Below are positions 9,589-18,348 of a DNA stretch of 64,000 nucleotides, one piece after another. Origin of the DNA: a virus. The DNA lies in the IMG/VR virus record IMGVR_UViG_3300017917_000894, positions 8,294-72,293 of that record, one strand, 5' to 3'. The number at the start of each line of letters is the position of its first letter. Within the stretch, counting starts at the first letter, position 1. The translations under genes were made by a program, and so were the position numbers. The notes under the pieces are model-generated. The model was not told the origin of the DNA and made no database searches. It saw only the letters and a program-made list of their open reading frames with translations.

Positions 9589-10055
9589 ATGCAGTAAGTA
9601 AAGTTATAATTCCTAATAAAGAATGGATCATTAAAAATGATTCTCAAAAAATAGGCACTATTGCTAAGGGAAAAAAAGGATATTCTTTTTACCGCAAAGG
9701 TCAAAAATTTGAATTTAAATCCCTAGACGATATTAAGAAAGAAATCGATCTTCCCATTCTTGAGGATGCTCAAAAATCTGCGGTTGACGAAATAGTAAAT
9801 TCTATCTATGGATATCCTTGCAGTTCTCGACCGTTTGAACCTGTTTATAATGTAAAAAAGAAATTGCCCCTGTTTGCAAAAAGTTCTAAAAGCAAGAGTC
9901 AATATTGTGCAGGCTACTATGTAATTAAATTTCGTAAGGGATGGGTTAAGAGCTTTTGTCCTAAACTAATTACATTAGAAAGATATCCATTTCACGGTCC
10001 TTACAAAACTGAAATGGAAATGAGGTCTATTTTAAATGTAGTTAATAAAATATGA
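9585..10055 (+). CDS. Hypothetical protein
   Basis: 156-aa coupled ORF. Confidence 0.75.
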   Translation: MNAVSKVIIPNKEWIIKNDSQKIGTIAKGKKGYSFYRKGQKFEFKSLDDIKKEIDLPILEDAQKSAVDEIVNSIYGYPCSSRPFEPVYNVKKKLPLFAKSSKSKSQYCAGYYVIKFRKGWVKSFCPKLITLERYPFHGPYKTEMEMRSILNVVNKI

Positions 10056-10273
10056 AACAACTAAACACCCTTCCAATAGAAGACTTCTTAGATAAGACAC
10101 GATTAGCCATAAAAAGCAATCAAAAAAGCCTAACTTTAACCATAAAAGAGGCCACAGATCTTCAAAATAGCCTTGCATTAGTGATGACCAGACTAGCAGG
10201 ACATTTAGATCATTTAAATCAAAATCCTCCAGAGGAAATGATCCAGGTAAACCTTAATGGGGGAAAATTCTAA
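10052..10273 (+). CDS. Hypothetical protein
   Basis: 73-aa coupled ORF. Confidence 0.7.
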   Translation: MKQLNTLPIEDFLDKTRLAIKSNQKSLTLTIKEATDLQNSLALVMTRLAGHLDHLNQNPPEEMIQVNLNGGKF

Positions 10274-10312
10274 ATTGGAATAAATATATACGCACTTTTT
10301 AAGGAAGCGTAT

Positions 10313-10612
10313 ATGAGTCGGCCGAAACCGAAAGTTTTATTAGAGATAACCAATAAGAAAAACTATAAAACTGAACAAGTTTTAGAAGCCGATGCTATTT
10401 GGGCAGTTTTTTATCAAGACAAACCGATAAATCTCAAAACTAGCAGTTTCATTGCCCAACAAATTGGTCCCAAGTATAAAAAAGTTAGTTTTTCCAATAG
10501 CGGTCACGCCTTTAATCTTGCGGAAAAATTAAACAAAATGTTCAATTCCACAGAGTTTTCCGTATACAAACTTACAACAGGAACCAAGGTCGAGGATGAA
10601 TCAGAAGTTTGA
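10313..10612 (+). CDS. Hypothetical protein
   Basis: AAGGA RBS with AATAAATA upstream; 99 aa. Confidence 0.75.
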   Translation: MSRPKPKVLLEITNKKNYKTEQVLEADAIWAVFYQDKPINLKTSSFIAQQIGPKYKKVSFSNSGHAFNLAEKLNKMFNSTEFSVYKLTTGTKVEDESEV

Positions 10613-11000
10613 ACTAACAAGAATTGTGTTAGAGCACCAAGGTAAAGATACTTCTGAAAAAAACATAAAAAAATATATCCCTGCACTCTGGATAAATCCT
10701 AGACAAAAAGAAAAAGGCGGATTAAGGTTAACTCCGGCCGGTCTAGAAGCACTACAATCTGTCGGTTTCAAATATTACGAAATCAAAATTGAAGATCAAA
10801 TTCAATGGACCAACGATTTCATAATTTGGCTAGATCAAAACATCGAATGTCCATTTTTTGTAACTAATAGAAAAATTTGGGTATTCGGCGAACGACTGGC
10901 AGTTCAATTAGTGTTGTTTTCTGGCAACATTCAAAAATTCTATAAAGCTAAGAAAAAATCCAAGCTAAATCAAGAAACTATTGACAAGTCAGTGCATTGA
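10596..11000 (+). CDS. Hypothetical protein
   Basis: 134-aa ORF with a GAGG RBS. Confidence 0.7.
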   Translation: MNQKFELTRIVLEHQGKDTSEKNIKKYIPALWINPRQKEKGGLRLTPAGLEALQSVGFKYYEIKIEDQIQWTNDFIIWLDQNIECPFFVTNRKIWVFGERLAVQLVLFSGNIQKFYKAKKKSKLNQETIDKSVH

Positions 11001-11009
11001 CGCTATACT
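10981..11009 (+). promoter_or_regulatory. Sigma70-type (early) promoter for the AAA ATPase
   Basis: TTGACA (10981-86)-17 nt-TATACT (11004-09). Confidence 0.75.
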
Positions 11010-11052
11010 AATAGAACAGTAAGCAACTTGTTCAACTTTTTTGAAAGACATC

Positions 11053-12138
11053 ATGGCAAAAGAATCTATTTCAACTAACCGTACTGTTAGCCCCAACGAA
11101 GCCAAGGCGGCTATCCGTAAAGCTATTAAAAAGCAACGTCCTATTTTTATGTGGGGTCCTCCGGGCATTGGTAAGAGCGATATTATCAAGCAAATTGGCG
11201 AGGAGCAAGACCGCGATGTAATTGACGTTCGATTGAGTCTCTGGGAACCTACTGATATTAAAGGTATTCCTTATTACAATAGCCAAGCTAATACTATGAG
11301 CTGGGCGCCACCTGCTGAATTGCCTACTGATCCCGAATCTACTGCTATCCTATTCCTTGACGAATTGAACTCTGCGGCACCTGCTACTCAAGCGGCTGCT
11401 TATCAGCTAATCCTTAATCGTCGTGTCGGTACTTATGTACTTCCCAAGGGTGTTAGTATTGTTGCCGCAGGTAACCGCGAAACTGACAAGGGCGTTACTT
11501 ACCGTATGCCTGCTCCGCTGGCAAACCGTTTTGTTCACATTGAACTCCGTGTAGATTTTGACGACTGGCATCAATGGGCAGTCATGAATCGAATCCACGA
11601 ACAGGTCGTAGGTTATGTTGGTTTTGCTAAACAGGATCTGTATGACTTCGATCCGAAAGGTTCTAGCAAGGCATTTGCTACCCCTCGTTCTTGGTCGTTT
11701 GTCAGCGAATTGCTCGAAGACGACGATGTCAGCGAAAACACTCTTACCGATCTTATCTCAGGTGCAGTCGGAGAAGGCCTTGCTGTGAAGTTTATGGCTC
11801 ACCGTAAGGTTGCCAAGCAAATGCCTAAGCCCGAAGACATTCTAGCAGGCAAGGTTAAGAAGTTTGATATCAAAGAAATCTCTGCGATGTATTCTTTAAC
11901 CATTAGTCTGTGCTACGAGCTTCAAGAAGCTGACAAAAAGAAGGCTAAAGATTGGGATGCAATGGCCGACAACTTCTTTGGTTTCATGATGGATAATTTC
12001 CCAACTGAGCTAGTTGTTATGGGTGCTAAGGTTGCACTTACTAACTATCAACTGCCATTTGATGCTAGCAAGCTCAAGAACTTTGACAAGTTCCATGACA
12101 AATACGGAAAGTACATTATCCAAGCAATGGAAGGCTAA
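11053..12138 (+). CDS. MoxR-like AAA+ ATPase
   Basis: Walker A GPPGIGKS, Walker B LFLDELN, AGN, LANRF and TPRSW. Confidence 0.9.
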   Translation: MAKESISTNRTVSPNEAKAAIRKAIKKQRPIFMWGPPGIGKSDIIKQIGEEQDRDVIDVRLSLWEPTDIKGIPYYNSQANTMSWAPPAELPTDPESTAILFLDELNSAAPATQAAAYQLILNRRVGTYVLPKGVSIVAAGNRETDKGVTYRMPAPLANRFVHIELRVDFDDWHQWAVMNRIHEQVVGYVGFAKQDLYDFDPKGSSKAFATPRSWSFVSELLEDDDVSENTLTDLISGAVGEGLAVKFMAHRKVAKQMPKPEDILAGKVKKFDIKEISAMYSLTISLCYELQEADKKKAKDWDAMADNFFGFMMDNFPTELVVMGAKVALTNYQLPFDASKLKNFDKFHDKYGKYIIQAMEG

Positions 12139-12142
12139 AATT

Positions 12143-12163
12143 GGGCCCGTAAGGGCCCTTTTT
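12143..12163 (+). terminator. Rho-independent terminator
   Basis: GGGCCC-GTAA-GGGCCC followed by TTTTT. Confidence 0.75.
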
Positions 12164-12165
12164 AC

Positions 12166-12194
12166 TTGCTATTTGGCAAAAAAGAGTATATAAT
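12166..12194 (+). promoter_or_regulatory. Sigma70-type promoter for the VWA gene
   Basis: TTGCTA-17 nt-TATAAT, then an AAGGAG RBS. Confidence 0.65.
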
Positions 12195-12218
12195 AGTAGA
12201 ATACTAAGGAGTTATACA

Positions 12219-13484
12219 ATGAGCGCAGTAATGAAACAGGAAAAGCAAAAAAAGCAAGACTGGCTTGGCAAGGAATTTAGTTCTTCCGAAAAAGCTAAAA
12301 TTCTCGACAAGTTGATCACTGCTCGAGTCGGCCTGTTGCTTCGTCACCCGTTCTTCGGCAATCTTGCTACCAGAATGAAACTAGTCGACGCCAGCGATTG
12401 GTGTGCCACACTGGCCACTGACGGACGAACTTTTTATTTTAATTATGGATTTGTAAACAAACTCACTCCTAAAGAATGCGAATTCGGCTTTGCACACGAA
12501 GTTCTGCACAACGTATTTGATCATCTAGGCCGTCGAGATGGACGCGATCCTCAGTTGAGCAATATTGCCGCAGACTATGCTGTCAATCAAATCCTTAAAG
12601 ATGAACGCATCGGTACTGTTCCTCACTTCCTACAAATTTTTCAAGACGATCGATATCGCGGTAAGGCCTATGAAGAAATTTATGCCGACCTCTACGAAAG
12701 AGCAGAAAAAATCGATCTCAGTCAACTCGGAGAACTTCTTGACGAACACCTCGGTGACGAAGAAGGTGAAGGAGACGGCGACGGTGAAGGTGATGGCGAT
12801 CAAGAAGGTAAGGGTAAGCGTCCTAAATTAACTGCTGAAGAAAAGAAAAAGATTAGAGACGAAATTAAAGAAGCAATGGTAGCAGCCGCACAGGCTGCAG
12901 GTGCCGGCAGGGTGCCTGCCGGAGTAGCTCGATTGATTAAAGATTTTACCGAGCCTAAAATGGATTGGCGTCAACTGTTGCGTATGAATATTCAAAGTAT
13001 TCTTAAAAGCAATTTCAGCTTCGGGCGTCCGAACCGCAAAAGTCAACATTCCGGAGCTATTCTTCCAGGAATGATGAACGAAGAAACTATTGACGTTTCG
13101 ATCGCCATCGACATGAGCGGTAGTATCAGCGATGCAATGGCTAAAGATTTTATCAGCGAAGTCAAAGGTATTATGGATGAATACGTAGATTTCAAACTAG
13201 ATATCTGGTGCTTCGATACTGAAATCTACAACTATGCTCAATTTACTGGTGACAATGCCGACGAAATTATGGAATATGAATGTGCCGGCGGTGGTGGTAC
13301 AGATTTCGAAGCTAATTGGAAGTTCATGCAAGATCAAGAAATTACTCCGAAAAAGTTTATCATGTTCACCGATGGATATCCATGCGGTAGCTGGGGCGAT
13401 GAAGATTACTGCGATACATTGTTTGTAATCCATGGAAACGATTCTATCGTTGCACCATTCGGACAAACTGCCTATTACAAATAA
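12219..13484 (+). CDS. Metallopeptidase-like (HExxH) plus VWA domain protein (DUF2201-like)
   Basis: ATDG, AHEVLH, an acidic linker, MIDAS DMSGS, GGGGTDF and FTDG. Confidence 0.85.
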   Translation: MSAVMKQEKQKKQDWLGKEFSSSEKAKILDKLITARVGLLLRHPFFGNLATRMKLVDASDWCATLATDGRTFYFNYGFVNKLTPKECEFGFAHEVLHNVFDHLGRRDGRDPQLSNIAADYAVNQILKDERIGTVPHFLQIFQDDRYRGKAYEEIYADLYERAEKIDLSQLGELLDEHLGDEEGEGDGDGEGDGDQEGKGKRPKLTAEEKKKIRDEIKEAMVAAAQAAGAGRVPAGVARLIKDFTEPKMDWRQLLRMNIQSILKSNFSFGRPNRKSQHSGAILPGMMNEETIDVSIAIDMSGSISDAMAKDFISEVKGIMDEYVDFKLDIWCFDTEIYNYAQFTGDNADEIMEYECAGGGGTDFEANWKFMQDQEITPKKFIMFTDGYPCGSWGDEDYCDTLFVIHGNDSIVAPFGQTAYYK

Positions 13485-13515
13485 GGCAAAATTTAATTTG
13501 TCATAGAAAAATAGG

Positions 13516-13523
13516 TATAAATA
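13516..13523 (+). promoter_or_regulatory. T4-type late promoter
   Basis: TATAAATA just upstream of the ATG at 13537. Confidence 0.65.
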
Positions 13524-13536
13524 AAGTAGGTAGTTT

Positions 13537-13830
13537 ATGTCTCTAAATAGAGGAACAGTAAATCCGTTAAATGTATTAGGAGTAAGAAAATTAGAGTTTA
13601 TTCCTAACCATTTTTCTAAAATTACTGTCAAGCATAAAGTTGATACCAAAAATATAGAACATTGGATCGAATACAATTTAAATAGTAGATATGCTATCCA
13701 GATTAAACATGGATTAGATGACAATAGGAAAATAACATCTGTAACTATTATAGGTGTTGAAGATCCTAAAGAATTAACCATGCTTTCATTAGGATGTCAA
13801 TTTTTACATAACAAAAAGGATATATTTTAA
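13537..13830 (+). CDS. Hypothetical protein
   Basis: 97-aa ORF after a late-promoter motif. Confidence 0.7.
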   Translation: MSLNRGTVNPLNVLGVRKLEFIPNHFSKITVKHKVDTKNIEHWIEYNLNSRYAIQIKHGLDDNRKITSVTIIGVEDPKELTMLSLGCQFLHNKKDIF

Positions 13831-13831
13831 A

Positions 13832-14089
13832 ATGGAAACCCAAGACACAGTACAACCAACTCCCCCAGCACCGGAAATGCCAACTGGTACTCCTCCTCAG
13901 CAACCAGATCTTACAATCACTGATCTAGCAAATCTACGTGCCATCGTTGATGTAGCAGTGCGTAGAGGTGCATTCAGTGCATCTGAAGTATCTGGGGTCG
14001 GAGCAGCTTTTGACAAGCTCAACACTTTCCTAAACACCGTGGCACCGCCTAAAGGAGATCAACCTGTCCCGCCTGCCACACAGAAATAA
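13832..14089 (+). CDS. Hypothetical protein
   Basis: 85 aa with Pro-rich termini and a LTITDL...RGAF core. Confidence 0.7.
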   Translation: METQDTVQPTPPAPEMPTGTPPQQPDLTITDLANLRAIVDVAVRRGAFSASEVSGVGAAFDKLNTFLNTVAPPKGDQPVPPATQK

Positions 14090-14102
14090 TTAGGGGATAC
14101 AT

Positions 14103-14693
14103 ATGAAACATGTGGGAAAAATGAAGAACAACTCTGCTCGTGTAGCAGTTGTTTATAGAACACTACCTGGAGAACCTAACAGTGCTCTAGTAGTAGGCAC
14201 AAACGGGTTACCCGATGCCTATCACGATTCACTTATGGCTCTCATTGAGAGCGACTCGGGGCAACAGGCAAATGAACTGGCCGACATTCTAGCCGCTCGT
14301 CGATTTCCAGACGGCGAAGTTATGTTGGGATGGCTTCATGCACGTGGTCAACTAAAGAAAGTTCCCACTAGTCTTGTACTCATGACTCCTAACCCTCAAA
14401 CACAGATTCAACTAGACGAACTCAACAAGATGATTGCCGAACAAAAAGGTATTACAGTCGACGAACTAGCAATAGCGGAAGAATCTGCTAAAGAGGCAGC
14501 AAAAGCTGAAGAAATTATTGTTCCAACTGAATTAACTACATCGAGTCCAGCAGTCGAATCCGACGTAGTTAATGCGGCGGCTCTTCGTTCGATGGCTGAT
14601 AAGTTATTCAAAGAAGCGCAGGCTCTTCGTAAGAAAGCTGACGAAATGGAACCTCCTGTTAAAAAGGCAAAGACAGCAAAAGCCGAGGCTTAA
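14103..14693 (+). CDS. Hypothetical protein
   Basis: GGGG RBS; 196 aa with a C-terminal coiled coil. Confidence 0.75.
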   Translation: MKHVGKMKNNSARVAVVYRTLPGEPNSALVVGTNGLPDAYHDSLMALIESDSGQQANELADILAARRFPDGEVMLGWLHARGQLKKVPTSLVLMTPNPQTQIQLDELNKMIAEQKGITVDELAIAEESAKEAAKAEEIIVPTELTTSSPAVESDVVNAAALRSMADKLFKEAQALRKKADEMEPPVKKAKTAKAEA

Positions 14694-15175
14694 TGATCAA
14701 TTGTATAGTAGCAGTTGAACGTAACCAGGGCATAGGATTTAATGGTTCTATGCCCTGGCCTCGCCTTTCGGGTGATATGAAATGGTTTCGAGAACAGACA
14801 ACAGATCAAATCGTAATCATGGGTCGTAAGACTTGGGATAGTATAGGATCTAAATCTTTGCCAAATAGAATTAATCTTGTTTTAAGCAGATCAAAAATCG
14901 AAGGAGCAGATTGTTGTTCACCAGACACTGACTGGCTATTAGATTACTGCAAAACTTTTTATCCTTATAAAGAAATTTATATTATCGGCGGAAGTGCCGT
15001 TTATCAGCATTATCTAGACATTGTAGATCGATTTTATATTACAGAAATTGATGCTGATTATAAATGCGACACCTTCTTTGACTTAAATTATGTTCAAGAG
15101 AACTTTACAAAAGTTACAGAACATGCTACATTTACTGATCCAATAAAATATACAATTAAAGAATATAACCTATGA
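14693..15175 (+). CDS. frd: Dihydrofolate reductase
   Basis: IG..GSMPW, DMKWF, MGRKTW, LPNR and IIGG. Confidence 0.95.
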   Translation: MINCIVAVERNQGIGFNGSMPWPRLSGDMKWFREQTTDQIVIMGRKTWDSIGSKSLPNRINLVLSRSKIEGADCCSPDTDWLLDYCKTFYPYKEIYIIGGSAVYQHYLDIVDRFYITEIDADYKCDTFFDLNYVQENFTKVTEHATFTDPIKYTIKEYNL

Positions 15176-16056
15176 CACATCCAGAATTTGAATACCTAAA
15201 TCTTCTTCAATCAATATTAGATACCGGTGAACATAGACCGGACAGAACAGGCGTAGGTACTATCAGCAAGTTCGGAGTTCAAATGAGGTTTGATCTTTCA
15301 AAAGGATTCCCTGCTATTACAACAAAAAAATTAGCATGGAGAGCTGTAGTAAGCGAGCTACTGTGGTTCATTGAAGGAAGCGGAGACGAGTTTAGATTAA
15401 GAGAAATACTACACGGTAGCCGAAATAGCGATAAAAAAACTATATGGACTGACAATGCTACTGCTGACTATTGGGTTAAACGTCGGCTGCAAAGACACGC
15501 CGGTGACCTCGGGCGTGTTTACGGTGTTCAGTGGCGTAAATGGCGTCAACCTTTAATTCGAATTAATAAAGTTATCTTACAAAATTTAGATCAACTTCAA
15601 AACTTAATTGAGGGAATTAAAGCAGATCCATATGGACGCAGACATATTATTACGGCATGGAATCCCGGAGAATTAGAATTAATGGCATTGCCTCCTTGCC
15701 ATTTAATGTCTCAGTTTTACGTGAGTAATGGCAAATTAAGTTGCCAAATGTATCAAAGATCTGCTGATATGTTTTTAGGAGTTCCTTTTAACATTGCGTC
15801 GTATGCTTTATTCACACATATGATTGCACAGGTCTGCAATTTAAAAGTCGGCGAGCTTATTATCACATTAGGCGATGCTCATATCTACGAAAATCATATT
15901 GATCAGGTAAAAGAACAACTAGCAAGAGAACCGCTAAACTTACCGTTTCTGCAATTAAATCCAGAAGTTCAAGATATTACAAAGTTTACAATGGATGACG
16001 TTCACTTAATTGGATATGAAAGTCATAGCTCAATTAAAGCACCCATGGCTGTTTAA
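15172..16056 (+). CDS. thyA: Thymidylate synthase
   Basis: DRTGVGT, YGVQWR, MALPPCH, YQRSADMFLGVPFN and DAHIY. Confidence 0.97.
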   Translation: MTHPEFEYLNLLQSILDTGEHRPDRTGVGTISKFGVQMRFDLSKGFPAITTKKLAWRAVVSELLWFIEGSGDEFRLREILHGSRNSDKKTIWTDNATADYWVKRRLQRHAGDLGRVYGVQWRKWRQPLIRINKVILQNLDQLQNLIEGIKADPYGRRHIITAWNPGELELMALPPCHLMSQFYVSNGKLSCQMYQRSADMFLGVPFNIASYALFTHMIAQVCNLKVGELIITLGDAHIYENHIDQVKEQLAREPLNLPFLQLNPEVQDITKFTMDDVHLIGYESHSSIKAPMAV

Positions 16057-17321
16057 ACTTTAATCTCAATAGTTCCTTCAGTTCCGTCGAATGATTCAAG
16101 TGCTTTTCCGATAACAGCAGACGGGTGGTCTCCAACTATCGCTGCTATTGCGAAACCTGGTTTAGGACCGGAAACTAGTAGTTGACCTTTTTTCACAGGA
16201 CCTAGTACTTTACATTTTACACGACCAGCTAGTGCCACATAAGGATGAGTTAGATCAGTGCCAGCATCACTGTTCATCATATATGCAGGCTTTTCAGAAA
16301 TTACTCCTGCCACAGCAGTATCTGCTCTAACAATGGTTGTAGTAATTTCTTTGTCGCCGCCAATTATAACCACAGTACCGGGCTCATACACTGCATCAGA
16401 TGCGTATCTTTCTGCTAGATCGGCGTAATAGGCGCTGGTAGCAATACCTTTAAACAAGGAAGCTGTTACACTATTGTCTCCAGGATTATAATAAAAAGAA
16501 CTAGTTGTATAAACAGCAGATGCCTGACCGGCAACAGTAGATGTTGTATAAGGAATTGGTAAAATATTGTTAGTAACTGGAGTAGGAGTTAAAGAAAATC
16601 CTATTGCAAAGGTTGCGGTATTTGCTTCTACCGCATGTCGAGCACTACCCCAGAAATAAACGCCTTTAGATGCCGATTCCCCTGTAATATAGTCAGACCC
16701 AATGAGTGTAATTCCCTTTGCGATTGTAGCAGTTGTTTCAGAAGTATAAATTGGAAATCTTGGAAACGGCTCTTGAGTAGGCTGTGCAAGAGTGTATGTT
16801 TCGGCCGATACAACAGCTATGACATCATTGTTTGCTCCAATTATACCTTTAATATTAAACTTAGGTGTGCCAGGATCTTCTTCGCCGTATTCAACGTCAC
16901 CGCTCCAATAAGCCTTAGTATCAGAACCGCTTGGAGGACCAACTAATATAAAATCCTCACCGTTAAAAACATATAATTGTTTCTCACGATTATCAAACCA
17001 TAAATCGCCTGATACAAATTCTTTAGTACCTGCAGGATTGGTGTTGCTAACTTCAACATTTGCTACAGATTTCCAATTAGTATCGTCGTAGACATTAATT
17101 CTTCTATTTGTTACATCATACCACAATTGGCCTTTAATTGGTTTTTGTGGCGGAATAACATTAGAAAAATTTTCTAAAAGTTTTAAGAAGTTTTCGTTTT
17201 GCCATTCACCGTAACCTGCATAATTTCTACCTACAAAAAATAAATCTGTAGTTATATCTAATGATGCGTCTTGAACTGTTGTTAAAACGGTTCCGTCAGT
17301 TTTATTTAAAATGTAAGGCAT
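16053..17321 (-). CDS. Tail fibre-like protein with a C-terminal chaperone/autocleavage-type domain
   Basis: Shared N-terminal module NFLKLLENF..GQLWYD; C-terminal YADLAERY..GTVV..VALAGRV..IGKALE. Confidence 0.7.
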   Translation of the reverse strand: MPYILNKTDGTVLTTVQDASLDITTDLFFVGRNYAGYGEWQNENFLKLLENFSNVIPPQKPIKGQLWYDVTNRRINVYDDTNWKSVANVEVSNTNPAGTKEFVSGDLWFDNREKQLYVFNGEDFILVGPPSGSDTKAYWSGDVEYGEEDPGTPKFNIKGIIGANNDVIAVVSAETYTLAQPTQEPFPRFPIYTSETTATIAKGITLIGSDYITGESASKGVYFWGSARHAVEANTATFAIGFSLTPTPVTNNILPIPYTTSTVAGQASAVYTTSSFYYNPGDNSVTASLFKGIATSAYYADLAERYASDAVYEPGTVVIIGGDKEITTTIVRADTAVAGVISEKPAYMMNSDAGTDLTHPYVALAGRVKCKVLGPVKKGQLLVSGPKPGFAIAAIVGDHPSAVIGKALESFDGTEGTIEIKV

Positions 17322-17322
17322 A

Positions 17323-18345
17323 TTAATAAGTCCAAGATGAAGTTGAAATAATGTTTGTCAATGTACTAGCTATATAGGTTGCAGTATAGAGATTATAAGG
17401 TCTCCAATCCAATGTTCCTGGGATCACTTCTTCTAACCTAAAATGCCGTATTGTTGTACTTCTATAAGATCCAGTACTATAAACAGAAACTACTCTTGCT
17501 TCGGAATTTACATCATAATGCGTTGAAGTATTAGGAAATAACCCTGCTAAAATTACATTAGTTAATGTAGCATTTGATCTATTAAGACTATTATATCTTT
17601 CTGCCTGAGAAACACCAGATCCAATAGGATCTGCCCATGCATTAACTTCAAAATATGCAGTTAATGACTTATCAACCTTGTGACGTCCTCTTACAAACAG
17701 ATTGCCTTTAACATCTAAATCATCAATAACAGTTACACCTTTAACTACAGGAGTAACCACACCACTATTAAAATAAACTGTAGAACTACTTGCACTCATC
17801 TTAAATGAAGCTGTAGTTATAAGGGCCGTCGGAGATCCATAAGAATAAACCACACTGGCTTTTTGTTCAGCATTAAAATCATTGTCGTAAATCTTTACTC
17901 TCGACGGTTCCACTCCAAACTTTCCTAATTGAGCGGACACTGCTGGACCAATCAAATTCCAAGGTCCTGTAGGAGTAGATGTAGTGAATACATATAATTG
18001 TTGGCTTGTTGGATTAAACCAAAGTTCTCCAGAACTTGTAGAAATAGGCTGAGTTGAACTAATAGTAGCACCGTAAACTGGTTTCCACTCTGTTCCATTA
18101 TAAATTTTTAAAACTTTGTTAGTCGGCTTACTAGTATCGTACCATAATTGACCTGTTTTTTCATAGGCCGGGGGTGTAGCATTTGAAAAGCTAGTTAACA
18201 GCTTGGTAAAATTTGTATTAAAATATTGTCCGTAATTGTTAACGTTTTTTCCTACTAGATCTAAAGACGTTGATAAAGAATCTACTGTACCATCTGCAAT
18301 AGTAGTTAATATCGAACCGTCATTATTATAAATTATGTATGCCAT
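17323..18345 (-). CDS. Tail fibre/baseplate-associated structural protein
   Basis: Same N-terminal module as both neighbours; Ser/Thr-rich. Confidence 0.65.
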   Translation of the reverse strand: MAYIIYNNDGSILTTIADGTVDSLSTSLDLVGKNVNNYGQYFNTNFTKLLTSFSNATPPAYEKTGQLWYDTSKPTNKVLKIYNGTEWKPVYGATISSTQPISTSSGELWFNPTSQQLYVFTTSTPTGPWNLIGPAVSAQLGKFGVEPSRVKIYDNDFNAEQKASVVYSYGSPTALITTASFKMSASSSTVYFNSGVVTPVVKGVTVIDDLDVKGNLFVRGRHKVDKSLTAYFEVNAWADPIGSGVSQAERYNSLNRSNATLTNVILAGLFPNTSTHYDVNSEARVVSVYSTGSYRSTTIRHFRLEEVIPGTLDWRPYNLYTATYIASTLTNIISTSSWTY

Positions 18346-18348
18346 TTT

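Noticed and set aside
13197-13781. 194-aa minus-strand ORF
   Set aside because: Overlaps two better-supported + strand genes and their promoter; no recognisable motif.
15172-16056. Intron in thymidylate synthase, or a dCMP hydroxymethylase identity
   Set aside because: The ORF is continuous, keeps the dUMP-specifying PFN motif and is paired with DHFR.
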